From a virus (lineage: Duplodnaviria; Caudoviricetes): DNA of 54,143 bases. Positions 15,453 through 24,954 of this stretch are shown here, piece after piece (position 1 is the first letter of the stretch; every line of letters starts with the position of its first letter). Where the stretch lies: positions 1 to 54,143 of the IMG/VR virus record IMGVR_UViG_3300006750_000012; one strand, given 5' to 3'. The position numbers and the translations under genes were made by a program. The notes below the pieces were generated by a model that did no database searches, was not told the origin of the DNA, and saw only the letters and a program-made list of their open reading frames with translations.

Positions 15453-16211
15453 ATGAAATTTCAAGTAATGAGCGATCTACACCTTGAGTTTTGTGGCTAC
15501 AATAGGGAGGTTATCATTCCAGCCGACGTTGACGTAGTCATCTTAGCTGGGGATGTAGGTACTAAAGTAGATAGAACAATGGCCTGGATCAAAAATTGGA
15601 TGCAGGACAAGCAAGTAGTTATGGTTGCTGGCAACCATGAGTACTATGGTGATAAACTTCAAAAAACTGATTTTGAGTTTAAAGAATATGACGTCAAGTA
15701 TGATTGGTTTCACTTCCTACAAGATGGGTATTACACAGAGGTGCTTGGTCAGGGATTTGCTGGTGGTACATTGTGGACAGACTTTAAAAAGTTTGATCCA
15801 CTTATACAAGCACATTGTGGCCTAACAATGCGAGATTACGATGTAATCAGGGCACCCCCTAATTATAGGAGATTACAACCTGCGGACACGTATCTTATTC
15901 ATCAAGATACTGTAAAGCATTTAGATGATGTATTATATGCCCACCCTGAAACTATTGTAGTTACTCACACAGCTCCACATGCGTTGTGTGTACACGATAA
16001 GTACAAAGATGATTGGATGACTAATCATGCTTACTACACCGATCTTGATTGGATGTTAGAAAAGTATGATATTCCTTTCTGGTTCCATGGACATATGCAC
16101 GATACTCATGACATTACCGTTCATAATACAAGGATCATATGTAATCCTTATGGATACGATGGACATGAAGTAAACCCATTATTTAATCCTAATTTAATAT
16201 TGGAGATCTAA
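15453..16211 (+). CDS. Calcineurin-like metallophosphoesterase
   Basis: SDLHLE, LAGD, AGNHEYY, THTAP, HGHMH. Confidence 0.9.
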   Translation: MKFQVMSDLHLEFCGYNREVIIPADVDVVILAGDVGTKVDRTMAWIKNWMQDKQVVMVAGNHEYYGDKLQKTDFEFKEYDVKYDWFHFLQDGYYTEVLGQGFAGGTLWTDFKKFDPLIQAHCGLTMRDYDVIRAPPNYRRLQPADTYLIHQDTVKHLDDVLYAHPETIVVTHTAPHALCVHDKYKDDWMTNHAYYTDLDWMLEKYDIPFWFHGHMHDTHDITVHNTRIICNPYGYDGHEVNPLFNPNLILEI

Positions 16212-16212
16212 C

Positions 16213-16431
16213 ATGAGACGCGACCTTTCTAACATGAAACACTTTATGGTATCACGAGATACTACAGTATACATCTTCAAAGATGGCTGTATAATAATTG
16301 AAAATTCTCTTTGTGGGAACGGAAAATTATCTACGTTTAGCGTAGTGGAGACTAGGGACGTCTTACGACAAATCATGGCATTTGGTGATACAGTACCTGA
16401 TGGTGTGTTTGATGAGTTGGACAAAATATGA
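16213..16431 (+). CDS. Hypothetical protein
   Basis: GGAG RBS, operon position. Confidence 0.55.
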   Translation: MRRDLSNMKHFMVSRDTTVYIFKDGCIIIENSLCGNGKLSTFSVVETRDVLRQIMAFGDTVPDGVFDELDKI

Positions 16432-16556
16432 TAGATATACTTCTATCTACGATGACCACATTCGTTGCAATAATGGGTGTGGTCATCTTTTTGGCTACAA
16501 TAATTTGGATTATTCCAGCCACAATTGATCTTATTTTTTCTATCTTTAGGAAATAA
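16428..16556 (+). CDS. Small TM protein (42 aa, not in track)
   Basis: ATGA overlap; hydrophobic. Confidence 0.45.
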   Translation: MIDILLSTMTTFVAIMGVVIFLATIIWIIPATIDLIFSIFRK

Positions 16557-16576
16557 TAGCAATCGAAAAATTTATC

Positions 16577-16605
16577 TTGACATTTAGCTTACATTTTGCT
16601 ATAAT
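16577..16605 (+). promoter_or_regulatory. sigma70 promoter
   Basis: TTGACA-17-TATAAT. Confidence 0.9.
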
Positions 16606-16734
16606 ATATATACTGGAAAAACAAATTGCTTAACCAGTAAAATAATAAGTATAATAATTCTCCGTCCGTTCCTGGTCACCGGACTAGTTTAGTAGAACTA
16701 GTAAAAACCAGGTTCTTTTCTTTTTGGAGAACAT

Positions 16735-16899
16735 ATGAAAGAAGAGTATGATTTTGAAGATATGCCAGAGGTAATAAGAGCAAAAGACCTATTACCTTGG
16801 TACTACAGAATAGCTTTGTGGATTGCAAATCACTTAGTTTTATATTCAGTCTTAGTTGCTACCCTTGGGTTTGCGGCAGGCTGGTTTTTGCACAATTAG
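16735..16899 (+). CDS. Small TM protein (54 aa, not in track)
   Basis: GGAG RBS; C-terminal TM. Confidence 0.6.
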   Translation: MKEEYDFEDMPEVIRAKDLLPWYYRIALWIANHLVLYSVLVATLGFAAGWFLHN

Positions 16900-17013
16900 A
16901 GACTGGAACCAAGATACCAATACTTACACGAAAGTGCTAGGATTGTCTAGCAAGCTTTATAATACAGAAGGTATTACCGTGTTCCAGTTCTCTTAATACA
17001 TAAAAAGGATGAT

Positions 17014-17286
17014 ATGGATATAGTAGTAATACTTATCTATTATCTTATTATCGCAATATCCTTCAGTATTAGTACCTTTATTACTTATATATGGCCAACA
17101 GTTGGAATCGCAAGAGAGATAGCTGGAAAGTATAATGTTTTAGATCAGAGCAATTTAGCTTTTTTCTGTGAATATTGTTTCTGGACAACTATAACTTTTC
17201 CTTGGCAATTATATGACATAATAGTAACTGATTCAGAAATTTTTAAAGATAGGATAGTAGATATACTAGTTGACGAAGAAAAATAA
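17014..17286 (+). CDS. Hypothetical membrane protein
   Basis: AAGGA RBS; hydrophobic. Confidence 0.6.
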   Translation: MDIVVILIYYLIIAISFSISTFITYIWPTVGIAREIAGKYNVLDQSNLAFFCEYCFWTTITFPWQLYDIIVTDSEIFKDRIVDILVDEEK

Positions 17287-17289
17287 TAT

Positions 17290-17871
17290 ATGATGAAAGA
17301 TATCATGGTCGATTTAGAGACTGCGGATAATGTTCCAGGCGGTGCTCTATTTAGTTGTGCTGCTGTACAATGCGACTTAACAACAGGCGAAACAGGCGAA
17401 GAAATTCACAGAAATATAGATTTACAATCCTGCTTAGATGCAGGATTAACCGTTAGTGGTGATACAATATATTGGTGGTTAAAACAATCTAATGAAGCTA
17501 GGAAAAGTCTAGATACTTTGAAAAAGATTTCACTCAATGAATTTTGTAAAGAACTAAATGGTTTCGTTAAATTTATAGCAGATAAACAAAAGATTAGCCC
17601 TAAGCTTTTTAGGGTATGGGGAAACGGTGCTTCTTTTGATAATGCTTTTATAAGGTATGCTTATAGAGCAGTTGGACAAGAGTTTATAGTACCTTTCTGG
17701 AATGACAGAGATGTAAGAACAGTAGTTGGGTTTTATCCTAATAACTTATTTCAGGATTTAAAAATAAATATTCCCCGAACGGAATCACATAATGCGTTAC
17801 ATGACGCAAAATATCAAGTTAAATACGTAAGTCAAATAATGAAAGACTTAGGCGTAACGGAGTTATATTAA
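17290..17871 (+). CDS. DEDDh 3'-5' exonuclease (exonuclease VIII/RNase_T-like)
   Basis: MVDLET, WGNGASFD, RDVRT, HNALHDA. Confidence 0.85.
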   Translation: MMKDIMVDLETADNVPGGALFSCAAVQCDLTTGETGEEIHRNIDLQSCLDAGLTVSGDTIYWWLKQSNEARKSLDTLKKISLNEFCKELNGFVKFIADKQKISPKLFRVWGNGASFDNAFIRYAYRAVGQEFIVPFWNDRDVRTVVGFYPNNLFQDLKINIPRTESHNALHDAKYQVKYVSQIMKDLGVTELY

Positions 17872-18075
17872 TGACATTAACAGAAATAGCAGCTATCTTT
17901 GGAGTAGTAGTTATGTTTTTCAGTATTTTTGGACTGATAACATATGACATAATTACTAGTGATAGCGAAACACGACCAGGAGAGTAATATGTTAGAATTC
18001 ATCCTAGTAGGAATTATCCTAGTAGCATTTTTTGTGGTTTGCATAAAGATGCCGGGTACAACAACAAAAATATAA

Positions 18076-18510
18076 ATGTATAGTATAGGATTTACAGGCA
18101 CGCAAAGTGGAATTACTGAAGGTCAATTTATAAATCTTAGTAGGATTCTGCATATACTTTCTAGAAAAGGGAAAGTAGAAGTACATCACGGTATGTGTAT
18201 AGGTGCGGATCATGAGTTTCATATTATGATTAGAAGTATTCTAGGTTCTGAGGCTGAAATTCATGGACACCCCTGTAATATATACGATAAACAGGCAAAA
18301 ATTATAGATATAGATGTTATGCATCCAATAATGAAGCCTTTAAAAAGAAATAAAATTATAGCAAAAAGCTCAGATCAAATTATTGTATGTCCCAAGGAAT
18401 CTGAAGAACAGTTAAGATCAGGAACTTGGGCTACATATAGATATGCACAACAAGCCAATAAGGAAATTACTTTAATTAAACCAGACGGTACAGTATGCAA
18501 CAGTATTTAA
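18076..18510 (+). CDS. SLOG/DprA-like Rossmann-fold protein
   Basis: IGFTGT, HHGMCIGAD, RN..IA, RSGTWAT. Confidence 0.7.
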   Translation: MYSIGFTGTQSGITEGQFINLSRILHILSRKGKVEVHHGMCIGADHEFHIMIRSILGSEAEIHGHPCNIYDKQAKIIDIDVMHPIMKPLKRNKIIAKSSDQIIVCPKESEEQLRSGTWATYRYAQQANKEITLIKPDGTVCNSI

Positions 18511-19358
18511 ATTTATTAGATGACATTCTCTATAAAGGGTATAAAGTTGAAGAGGATAGAACAGGCACGGGTACACTTAAATTATTCGGTACTCGTATGG
18601 AGTTCGATCTTACACAGGGTTTTCCCTTACTTACTACAAAGTATATCCCTTATAAGTTAGTATTAGGAGAGCTACTTTGGTTTATTCAAGGCGGGCGTAG
18701 AGATCGCAACCTTTATACCCAAGACCTAAACAAGTTCCATCCTAGTAAGATATGGAACGAATGGGCTACAGATAGCGGTATGCTGGGTCCCGTGTATGGG
18801 GTACAGTGGCGTAGTTGGCCTACTTTTAGAGAAGAGGCTAGGCGGGCTGTAGAGGGAGAGGACTATCCTCTTATCGAAACCACAGATCATATAGATCAAC
18901 TACAAAACGTAATCAATAGTATTAAAACCACTCCATACTCACGCCGGCACATAGTATCTGCCTGGAATGTTTCGGAGCTTCATCAAATGCGTTTAGCACC
19001 TTGTCATATTCTTTTTCAATTTAGTGTAAGAGGTAAGTATCTTGATTGCCAACTTTATCAACGTAGCTGTGATATGTTTCTAGGCGTACCTTTTAATATC
19101 GCTAGTTATTCACTATTAACTATGATGGTGGCTGGTGTATGTAATTTGATACCGGGGCGCTTTATTTGGGTTGGTGGAGATACTCATATTTACTTAAATC
19201 ATGTAGACCAAGTTAAACTTCAACTTCAAAGACAACCGAGGAAACTGCCAGAAATTAAAATGGATGTAGAAAATAATATTAATGATTATAAGATGGATTC
19301 CTTTGCATTACAAGGGTATACTTCACATCCACATATTCCGGCTCCAATATCAGTATGA
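18495..19358 (+). CDS. thyA: Thymidylate synthase
   Basis: DRTGTGT, GFPLLTTK, LAPCH, YQRSCDMFLGVPFN, HIYLNH. Confidence 0.97.
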   Translation: MQQYLNLLDDILYKGYKVEEDRTGTGTLKLFGTRMEFDLTQGFPLLTTKYIPYKLVLGELLWFIQGGRRDRNLYTQDLNKFHPSKIWNEWATDSGMLGPVYGVQWRSWPTFREEARRAVEGEDYPLIETTDHIDQLQNVINSIKTTPYSRRHIVSAWNVSELHQMRLAPCHILFQFSVRGKYLDCQLYQRSCDMFLGVPFNIASYSLLTMMVAGVCNLIPGRFIWVGGDTHIYLNHVDQVKLQLQRQPRKLPEIKMDVENNINDYKMDSFALQGYTSHPHIPAPISV

Positions 19359-19555
19359 TTATAGATTACGAAATTAAATCAATGGATCCATTTTATCAAT
19401 GGTGTCAGCGTGCAGGTAGAATCTTACAGCATCGCTATGAAATGGATATTAATAACTACATGATGAAATATAAAGTCAAAGAGGCTTTTGAATCTGGTAT
19501 GTCTCCGCGAGAGTTCACGGAGAGACTAGCTAAGAGGGAGTTAGACCTTGATTGA
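19355..19555 (+). CDS. Hypothetical protein
   Basis: ATGA overlap. Confidence 0.55.
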   Translation: MIIDYEIKSMDPFYQWCQRAGRILQHRYEMDINNYMMKYKVKEAFESGMSPREFTERLAKRELDLD

Positions 19556-19730
19556 ATTAAGACGGTTAGTTACTAATTATTTATCTCCTACTCCTGGATA
19601 CGAAGATGTAGCAGGTAGAGCACCTATGATAACGGCAAAACACAAAGTATTGCAGTATCGAGTATTAATAGTTGAAGAACTCGGTACAGATTGGCAAGAC
19701 ATTCTAGAAGTAGAAGAAAACGATGGGTGA
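19548..19730 (+). CDS. Hypothetical protein
   Basis: Overlapping operon ORF. Confidence 0.5.
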   Translation: MIELRRLVTNYLSPTPGYEDVAGRAPMITAKHKVLQYRVLIVEELGTDWQDILEVEENDG

Positions 19731-19896
19731 CAGATTTTACGCACAACAGAAGGCACATAAGCCAGGACGCAGGCTGAAGAAGCACGCGATAGAAGAATTG
19801 GAACAGTTAATAGGCCCAATTAATGGTCTAGACAGAGCAACAATAGCAACAATTGACGCCTTAACAGAGGCAGTAGAGAAAAAATTACTATCATGA
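19723..19896 (+). CDS. Small protein (57 aa, not in track) resembling the A2-family C-terminal helices
   Basis: MGDRFYAQQ...KKHAIEELE..GLDRATIATIDAL. Confidence 0.55.
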   Translation: MGDRFYAQQKAHKPGRRLKKHAIEELEQLIGPINGLDRATIATIDALTEAVEKKLLS

Positions 19897-20141
19897 GATT
19901 TAGAAAATTTACATACGAAAAAGATGATGGCGACATATCAGATCGCACAGCTTTTATAGTTAGCGAACCTCGTAAGAATTATCTTATGTTGGACGCTACA
20001 GGATTTACAACAGAAGAAAGAACAGAATTAATCGAAGCATTTCTAGATGTGGAGGCTTACAAAACCGAGCGGTTAGCTGAAGTCCAATCATTAATGAAAT
20101 GGAGAACATTTAAACCTGAAGGGGTAACATTTAATGAGTAG
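19893..20141 (+). CDS. Hypothetical phage protein
   Basis: ATGA overlap; FTYEK.DG..S.R ... WRTFKPEG. Confidence 0.65.
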   Translation: MRFRKFTYEKDDGDISDRTAFIVSEPRKNYLMLDATGFTTEERTELIEAFLDVEAYKTERLAEVQSLMKWRTFKPEGVTFNE

Positions 20142-20185
20142 ATATTGGAACCAACAAGAAAACGAACCTAGAGCATGGCCGATTC

Positions 20186-20467
20186 TTGAGGCAGGTAAAC
20201 GTGACTAAGATAAAAGAGGTTAACTTTGAAAATTCTGCTGATGCGTATCATATATTAGGATACCCTAAAAGTGTGCACCTTCATATGACGAAAGCGATAC
20301 GTTCTACAGAAATTTTAACCTTCGTATATGAAGAAAAAGACACTCCGGTAGAACATATTATTAGACCCTATGGTTCAGGACATGAAACAAAAGGTTTTTA
20401 TTTAGGAAGTATACGTCGTAAGAATAATACCTTATTGCATTTTTACCATGAAAAAGTAAGTGTTTAA
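20186..20467 (+). CDS. Hypothetical protein
   Basis: ORF in operon, start uncertain. Confidence 0.5.
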   Translation: MRQVNVTKIKEVNFENSADAYHILGYPKSVHLHMTKAIRSTEILTFVYEEKDTPVEHIIRPYGSGHETKGFYLGSIRRKNNTLLHFYHEKVSV

Positions 20468-20702
20468 CTACAAAGAAGCCATGGACTATTTAAAAAGTCT
20501 AGGGAAGGACAAATGGATAAAGTATGAAAATCTGGCTCCAAGTTTCGTTATTGAAATTGCTAGTACGACTTACGAGACCGAAAATTTTGATCCAGTCGAC
20601 GGTGGCCCACTTCATGAAGAGGGTGAATGGGCTGATAGGTGGGAAGAAAGAACTACCAACAAAAGAAGAGGTAAGGTCAAGCGCCTTACTATTGTAGAAT
20701 AA
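20460..20702 (+). CDS. Hypothetical protein
   Basis: ORF in operon. Confidence 0.5.
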   Translation: MFNYKEAMDYLKSLGKDKWIKYENLAPSFVIEIASTTYETENFDPVDGGPLHEEGEWADRWEERTTNKRRGKVKRLTIVE

Positions 20703-20817
20703 AAGGATAAAGAATGAGAAAAAGATGTGAAGATTGCGGTAGACGAAAATGCCGCTGTTTAAAATCAGATGAGCTCGCTACAGTTAGACGCTATAGACCA
20801 CGTAATGTGCGTCCAGT

Positions 20818-21294
20818 GTGTCTGAACGCTATGCGTCTCAACAAAATCATGCTCTAATGCGTAGCATATTTATTGCTCTGCTTGGAGCATTTCTGTGTCT
20901 GAACACATCAGCCTCAGAACTAACATCTGAAGAAACCTGTCTAGCAAAGAATATATATTACGAAGCGCGAGATCAGTCGCGTCAAGCCCAATATGCCGTC
21001 GCTGCGGCAACTCTAAATAGAGTGTTAAACAGGAAATTTCCTAATACTGTTTGTGAAGTAGTTTATCAGCCCAATCAATTTAGTTGGTATTGGGACGGCA
21101 AATCTGATAATCCATATGAAACAGAAGCTTGGGAAGAAAGTAAAAAATTAGCTCGAATAATGTTGCAAATGTACCACAATGCCTACGATAACACTAAAGG
21201 TGCACTATTCTATAAGAAAGTAGGACACCCTAGTAGATACTTTAAAACATTAGAGTATATAACAACAATAGGCGACCATGAGTTTTATAGATGA
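20818..21294 (+). CDS. SleB-like cell wall hydrolase (Hydrolase_2); likely start 20857
   Basis: CLAKNIYYEAR, LNRV...FPNTVCEVVYQ..QFSW, IGDHEFY. Confidence 0.9.
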   Translation: MSERYASQQNHALMRSIFIALLGAFLCLNTSASELTSEETCLAKNIYYEARDQSRQAQYAVAAATLNRVLNRKFPNTVCEVVYQPNQFSWYWDGKSDNPYETEAWEESKKLARIMLQMYHNAYDNTKGALFYKKVGHPSRYFKTLEYITTIGDHEFYR

Positions 21295-21908
21295 TAAACG
21301 TAGTATGTGTACAGTGGGGTAGAAAATACTCTAACGAATATGTGACTAAATTATATAATAGCATCGAAAGAAATACTAGTGTTCCTTTCGATTTTATTAC
21401 ATGCACAGATAATGCTGAACGACCTGTACCAGGGTTTAAAGATATATTTCCTAAAGATAATATTCAATCTTGGTATAATAAACTGCAAATGTTTTATATG
21501 GATAAACATTGGAGATTTGAACAGACGTTCTTTTTTGATTTAGATACGGTAATAGTAGGAAACTTAGATGAAATTTTTGGATATCGTGGAAACTTCTGCG
21601 CTCTCAGAGACTTCTATCGTCGTGATGGACTGGGATCAGGTTTATTGTCGTGGAAGACCGGAGAACACGAGTACATTTGGGACTACTATAAAGGTAGAAA
21701 ACATAGACTCGGGGATCAAGGTATTATCGAAGATGCTACTTCCAAAAATGTTGATAGGTGGCAGGAACTTTATAAGGATCAAATTATAAGTTATAAAGTA
21801 CATTGTAAGCCTACTCCGCCAGATAATGCTAGAATAGTATGCTTTCATGGTAAACCTAATCCGCACGAGGTAAAAGGACTAAAATGGGTGACAAACGCCT
21901 GGCAATAG
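21291..21908 (+). CDS. Glycosyltransferase (GT-A fold, GT8-like)
   Basis: WG.KY..EYV, FFDLDTVI (DxD), GDQG, IVCFHGKPNP. Confidence 0.8.
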   Translation: MINVVCVQWGRKYSNEYVTKLYNSIERNTSVPFDFITCTDNAERPVPGFKDIFPKDNIQSWYNKLQMFYMDKHWRFEQTFFFDLDTVIVGNLDEIFGYRGNFCALRDFYRRDGLGSGLLSWKTGEHEYIWDYYKGRKHRLGDQGIIEDATSKNVDRWQELYKDQIISYKVHCKPTPPDNARIVCFHGKPNPHEVKGLKWVTNAWQ

Positions 21909-22081
21909 TAACCGGCAGTAATTCACAGATTATAAATCTTCCTATGAGACCTGGAGAAATCTCTAATTCAATAGTTTCTGCTAATACAGATACTTTGATG
22001 GAGATTGGGATTAATCCTAATAATCAGGTGCCTTTAGAAGAAGGTATGATAGAGACTATTAAGTATTTTAGATATGTTTGA
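21884..22081 (+). pseudogene. C-terminal remnant of an NAD-dependent epimerase/dehydratase
   Basis: LPMRPGE...LEEGMIETIKYFR; no GxxGxxG Rossmann part. Confidence 0.55.
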
Positions 22082-22868
22082 ATATCCAAATGCTAAAAAT
22101 TTCAGATATGGAAATAAGCACCTTAAGTTTCTAAAGTTAATGACAGTACAGGCGGAGTTCCCTTATAGTGAAACTACTAAAAGTATAAATGATACTAATT
22201 TTTATTTTAAGTGGCAAAGGCACGAAGGAATTATAGATTTTTGCGATTTAGATGATTTATACCTAGACTCAGATCTTCCCATATTTAAAGCACACTATAG
22301 TAAGTATATTGATTATCCAAACAATATATTTCCATTGGGCCCAATGTGTGGGGGCAGAGTACCTACTTCTAACAATATTCATTATTTATTCAGTCATGAA
22401 TATCAGTATAATCCACAACGAGGTTTCAGTAATAAACAGATTCCTTGGGGTCATGCTATAAGACGTAGAAACTATGTAAAAAGCCTATTTACAAAAACTA
22501 ATTACAGTGTAGATCAGAAGATAGAAGATAGTCCGTTAAAGTTTTGGCGCGCTAATCAGAATGTACTTGGAGCAATTTGTGTACCTGGTCGAGTTAACAA
22601 TATGTTAGATCGTGGACAACTAGAACTAATGCTTTTAGGTGTATGTACGATATCACCAGAATTACCAGAGTTACTATTAGGGAAGGAACTACTTCCTGGA
22701 GTACACTATATTAAGTGTAAAGATGACTATAGTGATTTACTAGATATTATGGAGGAATTAACTCCAGATAAGGCGAAAGAAATAGGTAATTGTGCTAAAA
22801 CTCTTAAAATAAACTATCATCCTATATATTTTATGCAGTGGATAACAAATAATGTGGTTAAAAGATAA
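22074..22868 (+). CDS. Putative glycosyltransferase (GT-B-like C-terminal domain)
   Basis: LELMLLG.CTISP, PGVHYI.C.DDYSDL, AKEIG..AK. Confidence 0.6.
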   Translation: MFEYPNAKNFRYGNKHLKFLKLMTVQAEFPYSETTKSINDTNFYFKWQRHEGIIDFCDLDDLYLDSDLPIFKAHYSKYIDYPNNIFPLGPMCGGRVPTSNNIHYLFSHEYQYNPQRGFSNKQIPWGHAIRRRNYVKSLFTKTNYSVDQKIEDSPLKFWRANQNVLGAICVPGRVNNMLDRGQLELMLLGVCTISPELPELLLGKELLPGVHYIKCKDDYSDLLDIMEELTPDKAKEIGNCAKTLKINYHPIYFMQWITNNVVKR

Positions 22869-23496
22869 GGTAATATTTTTAGATATTCCAAAATGTGGAA
22901 CTACTTCTATGCATAAAGCAGCAGGATTTCCAAAACACTTACCACACCCCATGAACTCGGTGCCTAATAAAGTAGGACATACAAAACATAGTAGACATAT
23001 TCCAAATAGTATAGATTACAGTTATATCTTTACTGTAGTAAGAAACCCTTATACTAGAAGTATATCCTTATGGAATCATGTTAATAAATTAAAAAATTCA
23101 CTGTTAAATGGCAAGATCAAACGTACCGCTAATCAGTACCTAACAGAAGAATATTTTAATAGTTTCGAACATTTTTTAGAAGTATGTAAAGAAATAAATG
23201 AAAATGTAGATTCGGTGAATGAAACCGAAACATTTTTATTAGTACACTGTTCATGTTATACTTGGACACGTTCATTACCTAGAGTAGATAAAGTGATCAG
23301 ATTAGAAGAGTTTGAAAAAGAAAGATATTTATTGCCATTACGTATAGACGGGCTACCAGTAATTAATATTGGTAAAGAACATTTTATCTTATCAAAAGAT
23401 CAACGAATTAAAATAGAACAAGCGTTTTTTGAGGATTTTCATTTATATGAATATAATATTTCCAACCCCGCGCCACCCTCAAGAAATTTAGAATAA
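22852..23496 (+). CDS. Sulfotransferase family 2 protein
   Basis: IPKCGTTS (5'-PSB), FTVVRNPY.R.IS.W (3'-PB), IRLEE, EDF..Y.Y. Confidence 0.85.
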   Translation: MWLKDKVIFLDIPKCGTTSMHKAAGFPKHLPHPMNSVPNKVGHTKHSRHIPNSIDYSYIFTVVRNPYTRSISLWNHVNKLKNSLLNGKIKRTANQYLTEEYFNSFEHFLEVCKEINENVDSVNETETFLLVHCSCYTWTRSLPRVDKVIRLEEFEKERYLLPLRIDGLPVINIGKEHFILSKDQRIKIEQAFFEDFHLYEYNISNPAPPSRNLE

Positions 23497-23509
23497 CAAA
23501 GGATTACGT

Positions 23510-24142
23510 GTGTATAAAGTAGGATTCATTATTGGAAACGGTGAAAGCCGACAAGATTTTGATTTAGAAAGGCTAAGAGGGAAGGGTACTATAATGGGAT
23601 GTAATGCCCTATATAGAGACTTTATTCCCGATGTTTTAATGGCTGTCGATCAAAGGATGATAGTCGAAATAGCTAGATCAGAGTATGCTAAAAACAACTA
23701 TTTTGTAATCCCCTCTAATAGAATTGGTAGAACTAAAAGTACCTATAAAGTTTACGGTGCTGTAATGAAAGAATTTAATACTTGCGGTGGTGCTGTAATG
23801 CACTTGGCAGGCATGATGAAATTAGACCTAGTATATTTATTAGGTATAGATTGTTACGGTGGAAATGTATATTATGGTACAGAGGGGTATCAAAGGAACT
23901 TAAAAGACGACAGATATAATACATTTGTTAGATATTTTGAAAAAGCTTTTGTTAGATACCCAAATACAAAATATATAAATCTAACTAAAGACGGACAAGA
24001 TGGAATAACTAGAAGATTTAAACATAAACCATTAAATTACGATACACTAGACCTAGATGAATTTATTAACAATTTAGACAGATTCCCACATCAAGAACCG
24101 ATTTATTATCATGATGAATATAGAAAAACAAAGACAACTTAA
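23510..24142 (+). CDS. DUF115/MptE-like or sialyltransferase-fold protein
   Basis: IIGNGESR, GCNALYRD..PD.L.AVD, VYLLGIDC. Confidence 0.6.
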   Translation: MYKVGFIIGNGESRQDFDLERLRGKGTIMGCNALYRDFIPDVLMAVDQRMIVEIARSEYAKNNYFVIPSNRIGRTKSTYKVYGAVMKEFNTCGGAVMHLAGMMKLDLVYLLGIDCYGGNVYYGTEGYQRNLKDDRYNTFVRYFEKAFVRYPNTKYINLTKDGQDGITRRFKHKPLNYDTLDLDEFINNLDRFPHQEPIYYHDEYRKTKTT

Positions 24143-24225
24143 GAACTTCATTAATATGTTAAATAATGAAGATATAAATGAATTAGAGCGCCTACTTACT
24201 TGGCGAAAATGGAAAGGAAAGCTAA

Positions 24226-24756
24226 GTGCACCCAGATATATTGATGATTCCGAGCGAGAAACTCCGACAGAAAGCTCTCCCAGTAACTAAATTTGACACA
24301 GATATGCTATTTACATTATCTAATAGTATGTTAAAGTGTTTGGATTACTATAAAGCTATAGGCCTTGCCTGCACGCAGCTAGGAATACCTATGCGTATGA
24401 TAGTATTCAGAGCGGAAGCACATAGGCCATTTGTAATGGTAAACCCCACGATCGAAGGCGGGTATAGTAGTAATCTGCAAAATTTTAAGGAAGGGTGTTT
24501 GTCTGTACCAGGATATTGGGATATGATTCCCAGACATCCTACTATTCAAGTAAAATATAATGACATAACTGGAAAAGACTTAATAGATGTATTTTACGGG
24601 TATGAAGCAAGTATTATACAACATGAAATAGAACATTTAGATGGCATATTATTTATAGATCATCTAAGTAGTATTAAAAAGGATCGAGCTGGAAAAAAGG
24701 TGGAACATTGGAAAAGAAGAAACAATTTAAAAAGAAAATTAAATCGCAACGTATAA
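24226..24756 (+). CDS. def: Peptide deformylase
   Basis: IGLACTQLG, EGCLSVPG, QHEIEHLDG. Confidence 0.93.
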   Translation: MHPDILMIPSEKLRQKALPVTKFDTDMLFTLSNSMLKCLDYYKAIGLACTQLGIPMRMIVFRAEAHRPFVMVNPTIEGGYSSNLQNFKEGCLSVPGYWDMIPRHPTIQVKYNDITGKDLIDVFYGYEASIIQHEIEHLDGILFIDHLSSIKKDRAGKKVEHWKRRNNLKRKLNRNV

Positions 24757-24954
24757 GAATAATTGACCCACACAATCGCCCAAAAAGACGTATTAAAGGT
24801 GTTCAAGATGTTCATCCTAGGGAGGGTATCTATAGAGTGTGGGATAACGTAGAAAGTCTTCAACAGGTATATATACCAAAAGAATCTGTGCCCGGATATA
24901 ATTTATCCTGGATAGAAGACAAGGTAAAACCTGAAAAGATTCAAAAATATTAAC

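Noticed and set aside
22428-22445. Further copies of the 16-bp motif (22428 AGTAATAAACAGATT; ~8168 AGTGGAAAACAGGAAT)
   Set aside because: They are partial matches only and were not counted
24708-24953. 81-aa ORF after def
   Set aside because: TTG start inside def with no clear RBS; it may be real but I cannot support it
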